Below are positions 1 to 12,057 of a DNA stretch of 64,000 bases, one piece after another. Both the position numbers and the translations under genes were made by a program. The notes beneath the pieces are model-generated. The model did no database searches. It saw only the letters and a program-made list of their open reading frames with translations, and was not told the DNA's origin. Source of the DNA: Lytechinus pictus (taxonomy: Eukaryota); contig NC_087250.1 of NCBI RefSeq assembly GCF_037042905.1, positions 13,394,001 to 13,458,000 on the forward strand, given 5' to 3'. Positions within the stretch are counted from its first letter, which is position 1, and each line of letters begins with the position of its first letter.

Positions 1-498
1 TTTACTTGCCCTGGGCAATCGGGCAAGTGCTTACGTAGCACCCTGTTTCTGTATGAAAATGGATTGCTTTCAAGATAAACAGCGGAGTTAAAGGTCTACT
101 CCACCCAAGATAAAATGTTGATTTGAATCAATAGAGAAAATCAAAGAAGCATTACGCTAAGAATGTGAAAAAAGATGAAATTTTGAATAAGACGTTTTAA
201 AATGTCACTTATTTTGCACAAAACAGTTGTATGTACAACTCATACGAGAGTCAGAGTATATGATGTCCCTCACTCACTATTGATTTTGTTTGTTTTGTAT
301 TGCTTCATTATTTGCAGATTTGACAATATTGTGAATAGTGGGCGGATTGATGGTAGACCAAATGATAGACGAGTGGTAATTGGGTGAATTGGCATCAGAC
401 CAATTGAAAATAAATCATGTTAATGCCCTCGAGTGCGGACCATTTTCACACTCCTCTGTGCATTATTTCTTCTATAATACTTTTTGTTTGTATACCAG

Positions 499-599
499 GC
501 AAGAAGAGCAAAGGAAAAAGAAAGGAGGCTATGTACCCAAACCGAAGATAGAGCTGGGAGCTGTCCTCAACACTACTTGCAAGAAATGTGGAACTGTAG
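499..599 (+). CDS. ZCCHC17: ZCCHC17 (nucleolar protein of 40 kDa) internal exon; upstream S1-domain exons lie outside the window
   Basis: Bounded by ccag|G and G|gtaagt. Encodes QEEQRKKKGGYVPKPKIELGAVLNTTCKKCGTV, close to recalled human ZCCHC17 KITLEAVLNTTCKKCG. Confidence 0.9.
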
Positions 600-1098
600 G
601 TAAGTCCGAGTGTCCATCAGCATTGCTCTGCAGACATGTATTAAAAGGAATGTTCCCCAGCTAGAGAATTATGTTAAGATAGTAAATCGTCACCTTTCCG
701 CACAAAGGCCGTTAGTGCGCACTGCACGTCGCCTTCCGCACAAAGGCCCTTAGCACGCACTGCACGTCGCCTTCCCGCGAAAGGGCTGTTTATCGTGCAG
801 TGAAGAGTACGCACTAATGGCCTTTGTGAGGGAAGGTGACGCGCAGTCCGCGCTAGACGAAATGACTTCCATTTCATTTTAAAAAAACAGATTTTGTTTA
901 CCATACTCTAGGAAGAAATAGAGGATTTTTTTTCCTTTCAACAACTCATTTTTTCACCTTAGGAGTTGCAAGCTTTGCGTTGTTTTGCATTGACTGTGTG
1001 TTATGAAGAGCTAGTCTTAAAATAGAGATTTTTAGATAACTATGAAGTATAAAGCGAATAAATTTAATTTACCTTTAGTTCTATAAGAGAAAGTCAAT

Positions 1099-1517
1099 GG
1101 CCCTAATTCACAATAGTGGTTTTTTAAACCACCAGTTGAACCCATGATTTATGCAGATTTCCTGTATAGATTGCTCTTATTTACGGCGTTTATTAAAAAA
1201 ATTCCAATGCTGATGCGCGCTTTTGTCACAGTGTGCGAAATTGACACCTGTTGCCATGGTTAAGTACGCTTTTTCATTTGTGAGTCCACTGTTTGAAGAG
1301 TGGACTCATGAATTCAAAACAAACAAAACAGTGGACTCAAATAAAATAGCATGGATATATAAATAACCATGGCAACAGGCGTCAATCTTGCGCACTGTGA
1401 CAAAGCATTAGATATTTTTTGATAGAAGCTGTTAATAGCGTAATTTTTACAGGAAATCTGCATAAATCTTGGGGGTTCGACCGATGGTTTTAAAAACCAC
1501 CTTTGTGAATTCGGGCC
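1099..1517. mobile_element. Foldback-type MITE, largely palindromic; partial second copy at ~45316-45689
   Basis: TIRs ggccctaattcaca / tgtgaattcgggcc, AAT on both flanks, long internal inverted arms. Confidence 0.75.
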
Positions 1518-2020
1518 AATTAGGATAGGTACTTGCTTTCACTACTTGTTTATTCAATTATTGCTGGATGATTGGATCGAGTAGAGAATTAAATCAAGTG
1601 GGCCTTTAGTACAAATAAGTAACCTGGTAAGAATAGTTGAGGACTCAATTACTTTCTTCAATTACAACAATTATGCAATTGAAGGAATGTTCAATTAAAA
1701 TTACTTTTCAATAAATTGCATTTTTTTTCTTCAAAATTTACAATTACCAATTACTTTTGTCAGTTACAATTACAATTTCGATTACTTTCTAGAAAAGTCA
1801 TGAATAAAACCAGTTTTTATTTTGTACATAGTTCCACATATTTCAACATAATTCTAAGTTACAGAGAAACTGAAAAGATGAAGGTTTAGGTTAAAAAGCA
1901 CGGATTCTGCCTGTTACTCTCTTTGATGCTGAAGCAGTTGACATGAAAAAGGTCATGAACTACTTAAATCATAGATGAATTTAGTTTATTGTAAGTAATT
2001 GAATGTAATTTAAAGTAATT

Positions 2021-2312
2021 GGAGCGTTTCGGCCCAATGGATTAGTTTCCGGACTTTGAAACTGAGGGTTATGGGTTCAAATCCCAGCCATGGCATAGTT
2101 TCTTTCAGCAAGGAATTTATCCACATTGTGCTGCACTTGACCCAGGTGAGGTGAATGTGGGGTACCTGGCAGGAATTTATTCCTTGAAATGCACCGACCG
2201 TTTGAGCAACAGCCGGGGTAATAATATCCAAGTCCTTTGGAAGTGCATAGAGATGTTATTCATAATGTGTTATGCGCTATACAAGAACTGAATATTATTA
2301 TTATCATTATTA
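2021..2312 (+). mobile_element. tRNA-derived SINE; related copies at ~5900-6103, 7400-7665(-), 19420-19712(-), 21048-21180, 37909-38208, 46085-46480(-), 46939-47140
   Basis: Pol III B-box-like ggttcaaatccc, shared core tgtgctgcact.gacccaggtgaggtgaatg, (TTA)n tail, multiple dispersed copies in the window. Confidence 0.8.
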
Positions 2313-2545
2313 ATTGAAGTCAATTACATTTTTTTCTACTACAATTACTTTCCCTGTCAAACTTCCAATTTTGATTACAATTTACCCAAAGAATGTAATT
2401 AATTACGTCATTGATCAATTTACCTTGTAATTGAGCCCAACCCTGTGCAAGGCAGCTGGTTCGTATTGCCTACATGTAATAAAAGCAAGTATAATAAATT
2501 TAATACAGTCATAAGAAACCAACCATCTTTCATTATCTACTACAG

Positions 2546-2688
2546 GCCATCTTACCCAGGATTGTTTCTACAAACCGGGTGAGAAGACTTATGACCTTAT
2601 ACCAGATATCGACATGGGTATGCTAAAACACCATCAAGATATGCCCAACTCCAAGGAAAAGGGCCACAAGCACAAGAAAAAGAAAAAG
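2546..2688 (+). CDS. ZCCHC17: ZCCHC17 exon completing the CCHC zinc knuckle
   Basis: tacag|GC ... AAG|gtaact. The phase-1 join gives CKKCGTVGHLTQDC (CX2CX4HX4C), then FYKPGEKTYDLIPD, matching human GHFAKDCFMQPGGTKYSLIPD. Confidence 0.9.
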
Positions 2689-2797
2689 GTAACTCGATAT
2701 TCTGAACGGAATATAAGATCATTGTCATTTAACAAAGTAAACTGCAAGTGGGAGAGTAGTCCCTAAAGTTTGCCGCACTCTACTTTAATATAAACCA

Positions 2798-3908
2798 TAA
2801 AGTCAAAAAGGGGCCTAAGCTTTCGATCCTAGCAGAATCTTCGTCGGAGGCAAAATGACAAACATATAAAGTGGAACAACCATAATATAGACCACAAACA
2901 AGCTACAGCAACACTAGAAACAAGGAGACAAAAGGGGCATTAGTGAGTAGAGAAGACCAATCAGGTTAGTGAAGGGGATGAAAGAAAAGGAGTAGGCAGA
3001 CACAAAGGGAAGTTAGTGTAAGTAAGGCCAAGAGGGATTAAGATAATGAGGCAGGCAACATCAAACAGGATCTGGAACAAAACAGTGATAGAGGGATGAA
3101 TAACTAGAGAATTAGTGAGAGGTGGGTCAAACAGGTTACAAAGAAAGGCTTAATAAACTGGTGCATAAGAGTGGGGGGAAAAAAGAAGAAAAAGAATGGG
3201 GAACAACTGATAATGTGCAAAAGACATATAAGTATATATGATAAAGCATTAAACAAACTAAGAGAAGAAGGTAAGTGTAAATATGTATCTATAAGTGATA
3301 TGTATATAAATATATCCAAAAAAGAAATGTATATGAAAAAATATATAAATATATACACATATGGTGTAACTGATATGGTAATCCGCTAGGTGTGACGGGA
3401 AAAAACATAAGACTATATAGTAGGAAAGAAAAAAAATCTGTATATGTGAAAAAGAGGAAGCAAATTGCCTAAAAAGGTAAAAGCAAATATAGAAGAGAGG
3501 GGGTGTATTATGAAGAAACCATTGTATACATGTAAATAAGCAAATGTGGTAAATCTAAAAGAGGTGAGTGGAGAAAAAACAAATATATATATATATATAT
3601 AATAATTATTATATCGCCTGAATAAGGAAGGAAAAATTGGAGCTGAGCTTGTATGAGATATGGGAGGAAAGTAGAGTAAGAAACTATAATGTAACTATTC
3701 AAAAGAGCTGAGGGGAAAAATTATATGTATATATAAATTGAAAGTGGATAGGAAAGAAAAATCAGTCGTTCCCCTCTTGGATGTTCAGGCCATGAGGTTG
3801 GGTGGTGCGAAGTCGTCTCATCCAGAGCTTCTCCCTGCTAGTACGAATTTGAATAGTATTTTTGGTCATAAGAGAATAGCTCTCAACTAAGTAATGTACA
3901 GTCCTATG
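2798..3908 (-). mobile_element. 5'-truncated Penelope-like element (GIY-YIG C-terminus, long 3' UTR, hammerhead) in a ZCCHC17 intron
   Basis: 13-bp direct repeat TTAATATAAACCA at 2785-2797 and 3909-3921. Minus strand 3845-3762 reads RTSREKLWMRRLRTTQPHGLNIQEGND*, the RE..W...L.T..P.GLN motif of PLE GIY-YIG ends. Hammerhead motif at 2813-2851. Confidence 0.8.
2813..2851 (-). ncRNA. Minimal type I hammerhead ribozyme motif (U4C core variant)
   Basis: Minus strand GCCT-CCGACGA-A-GATTC-tgcta-GGATC-GAAA-GC-TT-AGGC: stem I GCCT/AGGC, stem II, GAAA, palindromic AGCT replacing stem III. Confidence 0.65.
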
Positions 3909-4846
3909 TTAATATAAACCAGATTGACAATTTGATATTTTCGTTTCAATATCTGTGTGGATCTTTCTTTCCTTGTCAAATTTCTTTCAGGCTTTCACCT
4001 GTTTTGTTTTTTATTACCAGCACAGATCCATAATGCCAAATGCACTTGAACAATTTAAGAATGAAGGCACAGGGAATAATTTTGCTTTACAAATTTGAAT
4101 AGTATTTTTGGTCATAAGAGAATAGCTCTCAACTAAGTAATGTACAGTCCTATGTAAATATATGCTATACAATAGAATTTATGCATAGCATGAAAATTAT
4201 TCCCTGAGAGGCATGTTTTTTTTTTTGGGGGGGGGGGTCAAAAATGAAATATTTTCGCCCCAAATTTGGCATTTTACTTTTCGTGAATCTTTGCCATACA
4301 GATAGAAATGTATGAAATCCAGTATTCCATTAAAGTGTGGTCTAAATTTCTAGCTTAGAGTAGGGTTAGATTATCAAAATATCAGCGTTTGATTGAAACA
4401 AACTTTTAGATTAAAAATCAGAGTTCTAGAATCTACTTCTGTGATTTTATTGTACAGTATTAAAGTTAACATTTGTACAATGGTAATTATCATTCACCCA
4501 TATCAGTGCACCATTGAAGTACTGTATGAGGGTTTTTAAATCATTGTTTTAAAAATGTGTACAATACTCTCCAGCAATTGCAAAACCATATCCAAGATAT
4601 TTGGAGAGCATTCCATGATGCAAATGAGGATTTTAAACTGACTATTTGTTATAAGCTATTGAAATCCTTGCATCTGATTGGCTCGGAGGAGATTGCTCAG
4701 TCAGAATCGCTGAGGAGATGCTCTGTGAAGTACTCCACAGGTATTTCCTTGCCAGTTTGATATAAAGAAGAGAAGAAAATCAAAAGACTACAACAATGGA
4801 CAAAAGACAACAAGATTTTCTTTGTAATTTATTCTTTATTTGACAG

Positions 4847-5752
4847 AAAAACAGGAGGGGTTCCTCTCCCAGAGATACCAAGTACAAAGCTACAAGGCAT
4901 CGTGAAGAAAAGGGGAAGAGAGCGAAAAAGAGGACACGCAAGGAGTTCTCTTCTTCAGACCGTTCTAGTAATGAGGAGGAGAGCAATGAAGGAGAGCGTA
5001 GGAATCAGAAGAGGAAGAAAGATAGAAAGAAAGGGAAGAACATGAGGTACACATCAACAGACAGTACTATCTCTGATGAGAGCAGTGAGGAAGAACGTAG
5101 GAATCGGAAGAGGAAGAAAGATAAAAAGAAAATGAAGAAAAAACGGAGAGACACATCAAGTGAAAGCACCGATGAAGAAGAACAGAATCGGAAAAGGAAG
5201 AGAGCTGACGAGAAAAAGAAGAGAAGAGATACATATACGTCATCTGACAGTAGTAGCTCCGACAATGAGAGCAGTGAAGAAGAACGTAGGAATCGGAAAA
5301 GGACGAAAAATAGAAAGAAAAGCAAAAGTGGTGAAAGTGATAAGCACTACATGTATGAGAAAGGCAAGAAACGATCAAGGAGTGAGGATAGTAAGAAAGG
5401 ATATAGGGCTAGTAGAATGAAGGAATCATCAAAAGATAGAAGGGATGATAGAGAGAAGAGACAAAACCATGGAAGCAGTGATGAGATGCGCCACCATCAC
5501 ACGGAGGAAAGGACACATGCACATAGAATTCATGCAAGCGAGAGAAGGAACGACCGATACCAAAGGCCTTTTGATAGACAGAAGGAAAGAACACGCTTGC
5601 ATAGTGGTAATTATCATTCTAGGGGTGGAGAGACAGGCGGCGATCGGCGGAAAGATGGAAGGGATGACGAGTCGTGGAGTAGACACCAGCATAGGCAGAA
5701 GAGAAGAAGCAGAGAACGAAGTGATAAAAGAACGAATGTCGATTCCGCGTGA
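4847..5752 (+). CDS. ZCCHC17: ZCCHC17 terminal exon, long Lys/Arg/Ser/Glu-rich low-complexity tail
   Basis: tttgacag acceptor in phase 0, same frame as ORF 5042..5752, TGA at 5750-5752. Composition matches the basic/serine-rich ZCCHC17 C-terminus. Confidence 0.8.
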   Translation, partial: KNRRGSSPRDTKYKATRHREEKGKRAKKRTRKEFSSSDRSSNEEESNEGERRNQKRKKDRKKGKNMRYTSTDSTISDESSEEERRNRKRKKDKKKMKKKRRDTSSESTDEEEQNRKRKRADEKKKRRDTYTSSDSSSSDNESSEEERRNRKRTKNRKKSKSGESDKHYMYEKGKKRSRSEDSKKGYRASRMKESSKDRRDDREKRQNHGSSDEMRHHHTEERTHAHRIHASERRNDRYQRPFDRQKERTRLHSGNYHSRGGETGGDRRKDGRDDESWSRHQHRQKRRSRERSDKRTNVDSA

Positions 5753-6385
5753 GGGAAAAGGAAGGGAAAGTATGAGAGTGACATGGAAGATGCAGACTAC
5801 AAACATTGCAGGAATGAAAGAGCCAGGCAAGGAAATGATAGAAAGATAGTACAAGTGGAAGATCGCATAAAGGAGGCATCAAGAGGATGAGTAAGTGCCT
5901 TTGTAGGGGTGTCGTGGTCGAGAAGTTTTTATGACTCTCGTCTTTCAACCTGAAGGACGTTGGTTCGATTGCTAGCCATTGCATATTTTCCTTCAGCAAG
6001 AAGTTTACCCAAATTGTGCAGCTCTCAACCCAGGTAAGGTGAATTGGTAAGGGTAGGAAGTGCTACACTGGGTAAGATAAGGCATCATTATCATTATTAT
6101 TACTCAAAAAGTACAAGTCTGCTATAAAAAAATATATATATGATTTTTTTAGGCATCGACTTTGGGGTACAGTGTATATAACTATACCAAATGAAAAAAA
6201 ATAATATTGGCTGTACCTTGGAGGGCTGCCCCAATTTTTTTTGCAATAAGTCCATCATGAGAAAATTAAAAGGTTGCATTAGTGTTAGGGTGCATCCAAA
6301 AGAAATTTAATGGGGTAACTTAGGGAGTATGTAAAAACCGTAAATACATGTGGTACCTCTCACGCTTTTTGTTGACTGTCCTTAG

Positions 6386-6602
6386 GGGGTGTTTCACAAA
6401 GATTTAAGTATGACTTAGAGTCCACTTCAATGCCTAGTTGCGTACGGCATAAAATGCATGACCGCATTGGTCAGATCATGTCAAGAGAGAGCATACTACT
6501 GCGTCTTGATCAATAAGATTGCGTGTTGAATATTATGTATGCGTCGGCATTTAAGTGCGCGTGTGACTCTAAGTTACACTTAAATCTTTGTGAAACACCC
6601 CC
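6386..6602. mobile_element. Harbinger/Tourist-like MITE; second copy ~31831-32040, fragment at 41162
   Basis: TIRs ggggtgtttcacaaagatttaag / cttaaatctttgtgaaacacccc; dispersed copies. Confidence 0.75.
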
Positions 6603-7086
6603 CAGGTTTTGGTTCATTAAACTTGTTATAATAATAAACTTACAATAACAGTTTAAAGCTACTGAAATCATTCAATTCAATGATATATCTGTAAAGGGCT
6701 TTAGAGATATTGTTCCGATGTATTAAGCGCTATATAAAAGCCGATTATTATTATAATCTGATAGCAAACTGGTTATAGAAATTGAGCATTTGTTATTATA
6801 ACAAGTCTTTATAAAACGCGACCCAGGCCAGGCCTAACTCGTAGTGGTTGTCTCAATTGATACCTTGTGACATGTCAATTTTATGCATTATTTTGTTATT
6901 AATGTAAAACTGAAATTAATAAAATCTGAAATCTACTTTCTCACTCGTGTTCCCATTGCCTACATCTTATCGTTTGTATTCGCTTTGTCTTCAAGCAGTT
7001 GGTCTACTTTCCAGATAGTCCAGTTCCCCATTTGGTCTACTCTCAATTTGGTCTAATACACATTTCTCATTTAGTCTAATGTCCAG

Positions 7087-7241
7087 GTGGGTGTTTCTTA
7101 AAGCTGTTCGTAAAGTTACGCACGACTGGAACATGATCTTAGGTGCTATAAGAGCTACATAGGGATAGTATGGCACAAGGAAGGTCACCAGTCGTGCGTA
7201 AAGTCTTGCATAACTTTCAAACAGCTTTATGAAACACCCAC
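7087..7241. mobile_element. Harbinger-like MITE with CAG TSD
   Basis: CAG|gtgggtgtttc ... gaaacacccac|CAG. Confidence 0.75.
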
Positions 7242-9445
7242 CAGGTCAGCTGGTGTTATGTCAATTTGTGTACTAATTGATTTAACCCGTTGGAGGCTGA
7301 GCATGCTGGAGTCTATGGAAAACATGTGTTGTAGCAAAATTATCTTGTCTCCAACAGGTAAAAAAAATAATGATAATCTGGTTATAGATAATGAGCTAAA
7401 AGGCATGCATTAAGCGCCTACGGATTTACTATTACCCCGGTCATGGGATTCATTCAGTCATTCCCGCATACAATGTAAGCACATCCTCCACTCCCTGGGG
7501 AGTATTCCAGCCAGTCGCGATTGAGGCGTACACAGTACTGGGCAAGCTACAATGACTTTCACATCCTACCTGGTACCCATATACCCCTGGGTGGGGAGTG
7601 TGGATTAACACTTGCCAAAGGACGCCGGGCTGTGGTAGGATTAAAAAACATCAGACATGACCCTCTCTGGTTATTATTTTTATTTTTTCAAGTAAAATTT
7701 GGTCTGCATATAGTTCATCTAATCGTATAGACCAACTGATATTAGACCAAGTGGTTTTAATGTGTAAAGCCTAAATTAGACCAAATTGTACCTGGGTTTA
7801 ACCCTAATAACTAAGACTCGGTTAAAAATAAGACTGAAATCGCCCCCCCCCCCTCAAAAATTTTGCAATAAATCCGCCACGCAAATATTTTTTACCACAT
7901 CGCTCGCTGACTTTGTACTTTCAAGTCTCGCGCAACTTTTGAGACCAAAATGCGACTCCTGGGTATGCGGTTCCAAAATCATGCAACATTTTCTTAGTGC
8001 ATGTGCACATCAGACCTAAAATTGCTCAAAAACATGAATTTGTGTACAAATTCAATGCAAATAGTATTTTTAGCCAAAATTCATAAATGTATCATTATTT
8101 TTCCTATTACCAATTGTAATCAATTAATTTCTACTTGTTTGTGATCAAAAACGTCCCCGACATTTTCCATTGACAAAACAAAGAAATACATAAGAAAATT
8201 AGAAAGCAATATAGGCCTACATGAAAAAGACATTTTAAGAACTTTTCAACAGATTCCTATAAAGAGACTGTGAACCAAAAATTTGCATTTTAGGTGCATT
8301 TATTAGAGCGAACTTTTGATTTTACGCATGAATTAGCATAATTAATTAGCAATGAGATTTTTCTCAGAATTTGATCTTACAGTTTAATTTGTAGATTATG
8401 CCATGGGCAACGTGCGTGCCAATTTTCGTCGCGATCGTGCGATCAACGGCCGTCATATGGCTAATGGCTCCATCTTTCCTCAGCGATGTGACCCGATTTT
8501 GGCCGTAGTGATCGGGTAGTAGACATTCGGAAGTTACTCTTAAACTTTATCTTGGGTGGGTGCCCTCCCCCCTCCCGGTAGGAAAAAAGGGGGGGGGAAC
8601 AAAAAATGGAAGGGAGAGAGAAAGAAAGAAAATAGTGAAGGAGAGAAGAGGGAAAATAGGAAGGGGGAGAATAAGAATAAGCTAAAGAGAAAAAGGAAAG
8701 AGAGGGGGAAAAACAAGAGGGGGGAGGGGTACCAATATGATATTTACCATGGGGTACGTGCCAAATCGATCTTAAAAGTACTCTTCGGGGGCACGGGCCA
8801 ATTCAATCTTTGGTGGTGGTGATTTTTTTACCTGATTGCTAAGAAAGCATGAATGCTTGTAAGCAAGCAACCAGTTGTATTTTGTTTTATCCCAAAAACT
8901 GAAAGTGGGGTGTCATATATACCCCACTTTAGCTCCCATTGACATAACACGCAAGGCAATCTTAAACTTGTGGTCTCTTATCAGCTGTCAATCCACGTAC
9001 CCTCCCCAGTTTAAACGAGAGAAATGAAACTCTCCCAAAAACTGAAAGTAGGGTGTCATATACCCCACTTTAGCTCCCATTGACATAACACGCAAGGCAA
9101 TGGGGTTCCTGTGTTATAAGCTGGTGGGGTATTTTTTAAACGTTGGAAACACGTCATGATATTGCTGCCCAGCCGGCCCGTTCCCCCCCCCCCCCCCCCT
9201 TTGAGAAGCAAAATTAAAATTTGTAATGTGAAAATGCCTTTGAAACAGAAGTGTGCCCCCCCCCCCCCCCCTTGAAATTAAAGACCTTTTTTACAATTAT
9301 TTTTTGCTTGTTAAATATTTTGCATCCTTAATTTTGGGTTAAAAACCTTTTTTTTGTTACTTTTCAAATTTTTCCTCGGCCATGCAAATATAGTGCCCCC
9401 TCTTTTGGAAAATCCTGGATCCGCCCCTTTTGCTGGGGCTGTTAA

Positions 9446-10021
9446 AGGACAAGTCCACTCCAACAAAAAGTTGATTTGAATAAAAAGAGAGAAATCCAAC
9501 AAGCATAACACTGAAAATTTCATCAAAATCGGATGTAAAATAAGAAAATTATAACAGTTTAAAGTTTCACTTAATTTCACGAAACAGTCATATGCACATC
9601 CCGGTCAGTATGCAAATGAGGGAACTGATGACATCACTCATTATTTCTTTTGTATTTTATTATGAAATATTCTAATTTCCTCCTTGTCCTGCCTTGTAAA
9701 ACAAAGTTTTTCACACTGAACATGTTGAATTACCATTGCTTAACATTTTATGGTTCAGTCAAGTTGGTCCTCGTCAAATCTGCAAAAATTGAAATAATGT
9801 ATAGATCAATCAATAAAAAACAAAAGAAATTGTGAGGGACATCGATTCTCTTGTTTGCATAGTGTGACTAAATTGTATATATATCGATTTTGTGAAAAAT
9901 AAGCGAAACTTTAAAATATCATAACTTTCTTATTTTACATCCGATGAAATTTTCAGCATGATGCTTGGCTGATTTGTCTCTATTGATTCAAATCAACATT
10001 TTTCTAAGGTGGACTTGACCT
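9446..10021. mobile_element. Kolobok-like non-autonomous element; family copies at ~92-325, 25533-26341, 53429-54031
   Basis: ttaa|AGGACAAGTCC ... GGACTTGACCT; long imperfect TIRs; same family as the intact copy at 53429. Confidence 0.75.
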
Positions 10022-12057
10022 TCAAACTGTCGCTGTAGTTGTTTAGGGGTCTTATACTTGTTACGGGTATAGGATTTCACACGCCAATACTGTGCATTTT
10101 CAGATCATGGAAAGTATATATATACTTCTTTAGGGTGCACTAGTGCTTTTTGAAACCCCATGATCACGCACGGTATCCACTCGTCAATGGAAGTGCCCCC
10201 CTCCCAGGGTCTTTTAGTGGTTTTCAGAGCCATTCCATGCAGGCAGCGAACCGGGCCGCAGCGACATTGGACTGGCTTGTATACCCAGTGGTTGTGTGTC
10301 CGGACGGGTTGAGTGTCCGGACACATGACTTTTACTCTCAATTTTGAAAAGCTTACAAGCAATGTCTTTAATTCTTTTTAGCACAGAATATAAGAAAATA
10401 TTATAAAGAACAAATATTGATGGTGAAAATAAACTATTCAACCTATATTTTGGGTTTATTCCTGAGATAAAAACAAGGCTTCATTTCAGTTACGTGTCCG
10501 GACACCCAACCCCCCATCCTACTTGTTCCATGCAAACTCCAGCCATATTCGCTGATTGCTGCCCTCTACGTTCCGTATGTGTATAAGCGAATTGACTGCG
10601 AAAAATAACGGTATGTGTTGGACTCAATGGACTGTGACTGTGTGGTAAATATCTTCATAATATCAGACTACTGGAAGTGATAAGCGGTTTTTCATCTTTT
10701 AGTTTACATCGTATGGTAAATATCAGCTTTCTAACGTCTTAATTCAATGTTAAATTGTTTTTTTTTTAGTTTGCACATTGATAAGGGTTTATGAACATGA
10801 TGAATTTAGTCCCAGTAACTCAAAATGATGTTGGGAGACGAATGCACTATCGTCGACGTCAGTTTTTTTTTGGCACACAAACAAAGTAACAATTAATTAG
10901 TGTGTGGAATTTAGAGCTGAGCAATTGTCGCCGGAGCAAATGTCATCGAACCAAATTTTGCCACAGGAAGCTCTTCAACTATCTCCTTCCTTTTTTTGTT
11001 AGATAATTATTCTGATATTGATTTAAATAATAATTAATAGGCCTACATACATTTTGTCACAAAAATATTTTTTCCTCCCAAGGACAAGGTAACTTATGTG
11101 ACTCTTGAAGAGTCAAGGTAGACACTTCAGCCGGGCGGGCGATCGCGCGGACACAGCGCTAGACGTAGATTTTTGCATTGCAGTGAATGGCGAGCGCATA
11201 TCTAACACACACAGTTCGCTCCGCTTGGCACTTTGGCCGAGCGCTGGAGTTGCATTCGGCATTGCTCGAAAAGACAGAGTCAGTTTCTTCCTTTATTCCG
11301 CTAATTTTGATTGGTCGAAAATTCCCGCGGTTGCTTCGTACATCTTCGGTAAACATCGGAAATATACAAGACGGAGTATCCATTACCTTCATGCGAGGGA
11401 AGGACCTAATATTCAGGTATTTATTTTTCTTTGCTTGAAATCACCTTCTTGTAATCATCGGATCCCTTGTATACTCGGTCAGTAATAAAATTGTATATTT
11501 GAGAACATTTTGTTAAATTCTAATCAAATTTGGTCCGTAGAGAGCCTGCGGATATGAGCTTCAGTTTTGAGTGTCATGAGGTGTTTGTGAATCTGACTCG
11601 GCCGATCGAGCAGGGTTGTTTTGAGCGTATACGAACAGCTGTGAGTGACGTCATCCCAGTCAGACGGCAGGTCCCAAGAAAGTGGCTTCTTTCATCCAAG
11701 TGATATTCATGACTTGATATGTTTTGCATATTTAATGAGCTTGATGCGGACCAAAACACCTCTTTTCATTCGGTCATTGCTGCTCTAATTGTGCATCGAA
11801 TTTCATGAATTTGGTATCATTGTAAAGAAAAAGAATCATTCTTTCAGGTCATGTGTTTGAATTTATTAAAAGATTTTGTAATATAGGTTAAAATTTTGAT
11901 CTAAAATGTGCTACAAAATAATTATTTTCACCTGACAAAAGCTGCTATTTTCACACTTTATTTTTGTTTGAGCCCAAATAATTTTTAGATCATGATAAAG
12001 CTGAATATGTATGCTTTAAAATGATATAGACCTGTTTCAAAATTAGAATTGGTTTAA

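Noticed and set aside
499..5752. Identity as RP9 or SREK1IP1 (other zinc-knuckle proteins with Lys-rich tails)
   Set aside because: The AVLNTTCKKCG and YxLIPD motifs match ZCCHC17 specifically.
5005..5999. Overlapping antisense and alternate-frame ORFs over the ZCCHC17 tail
   Set aside because: They are by-products of purine-rich low-complexity coding sequence.
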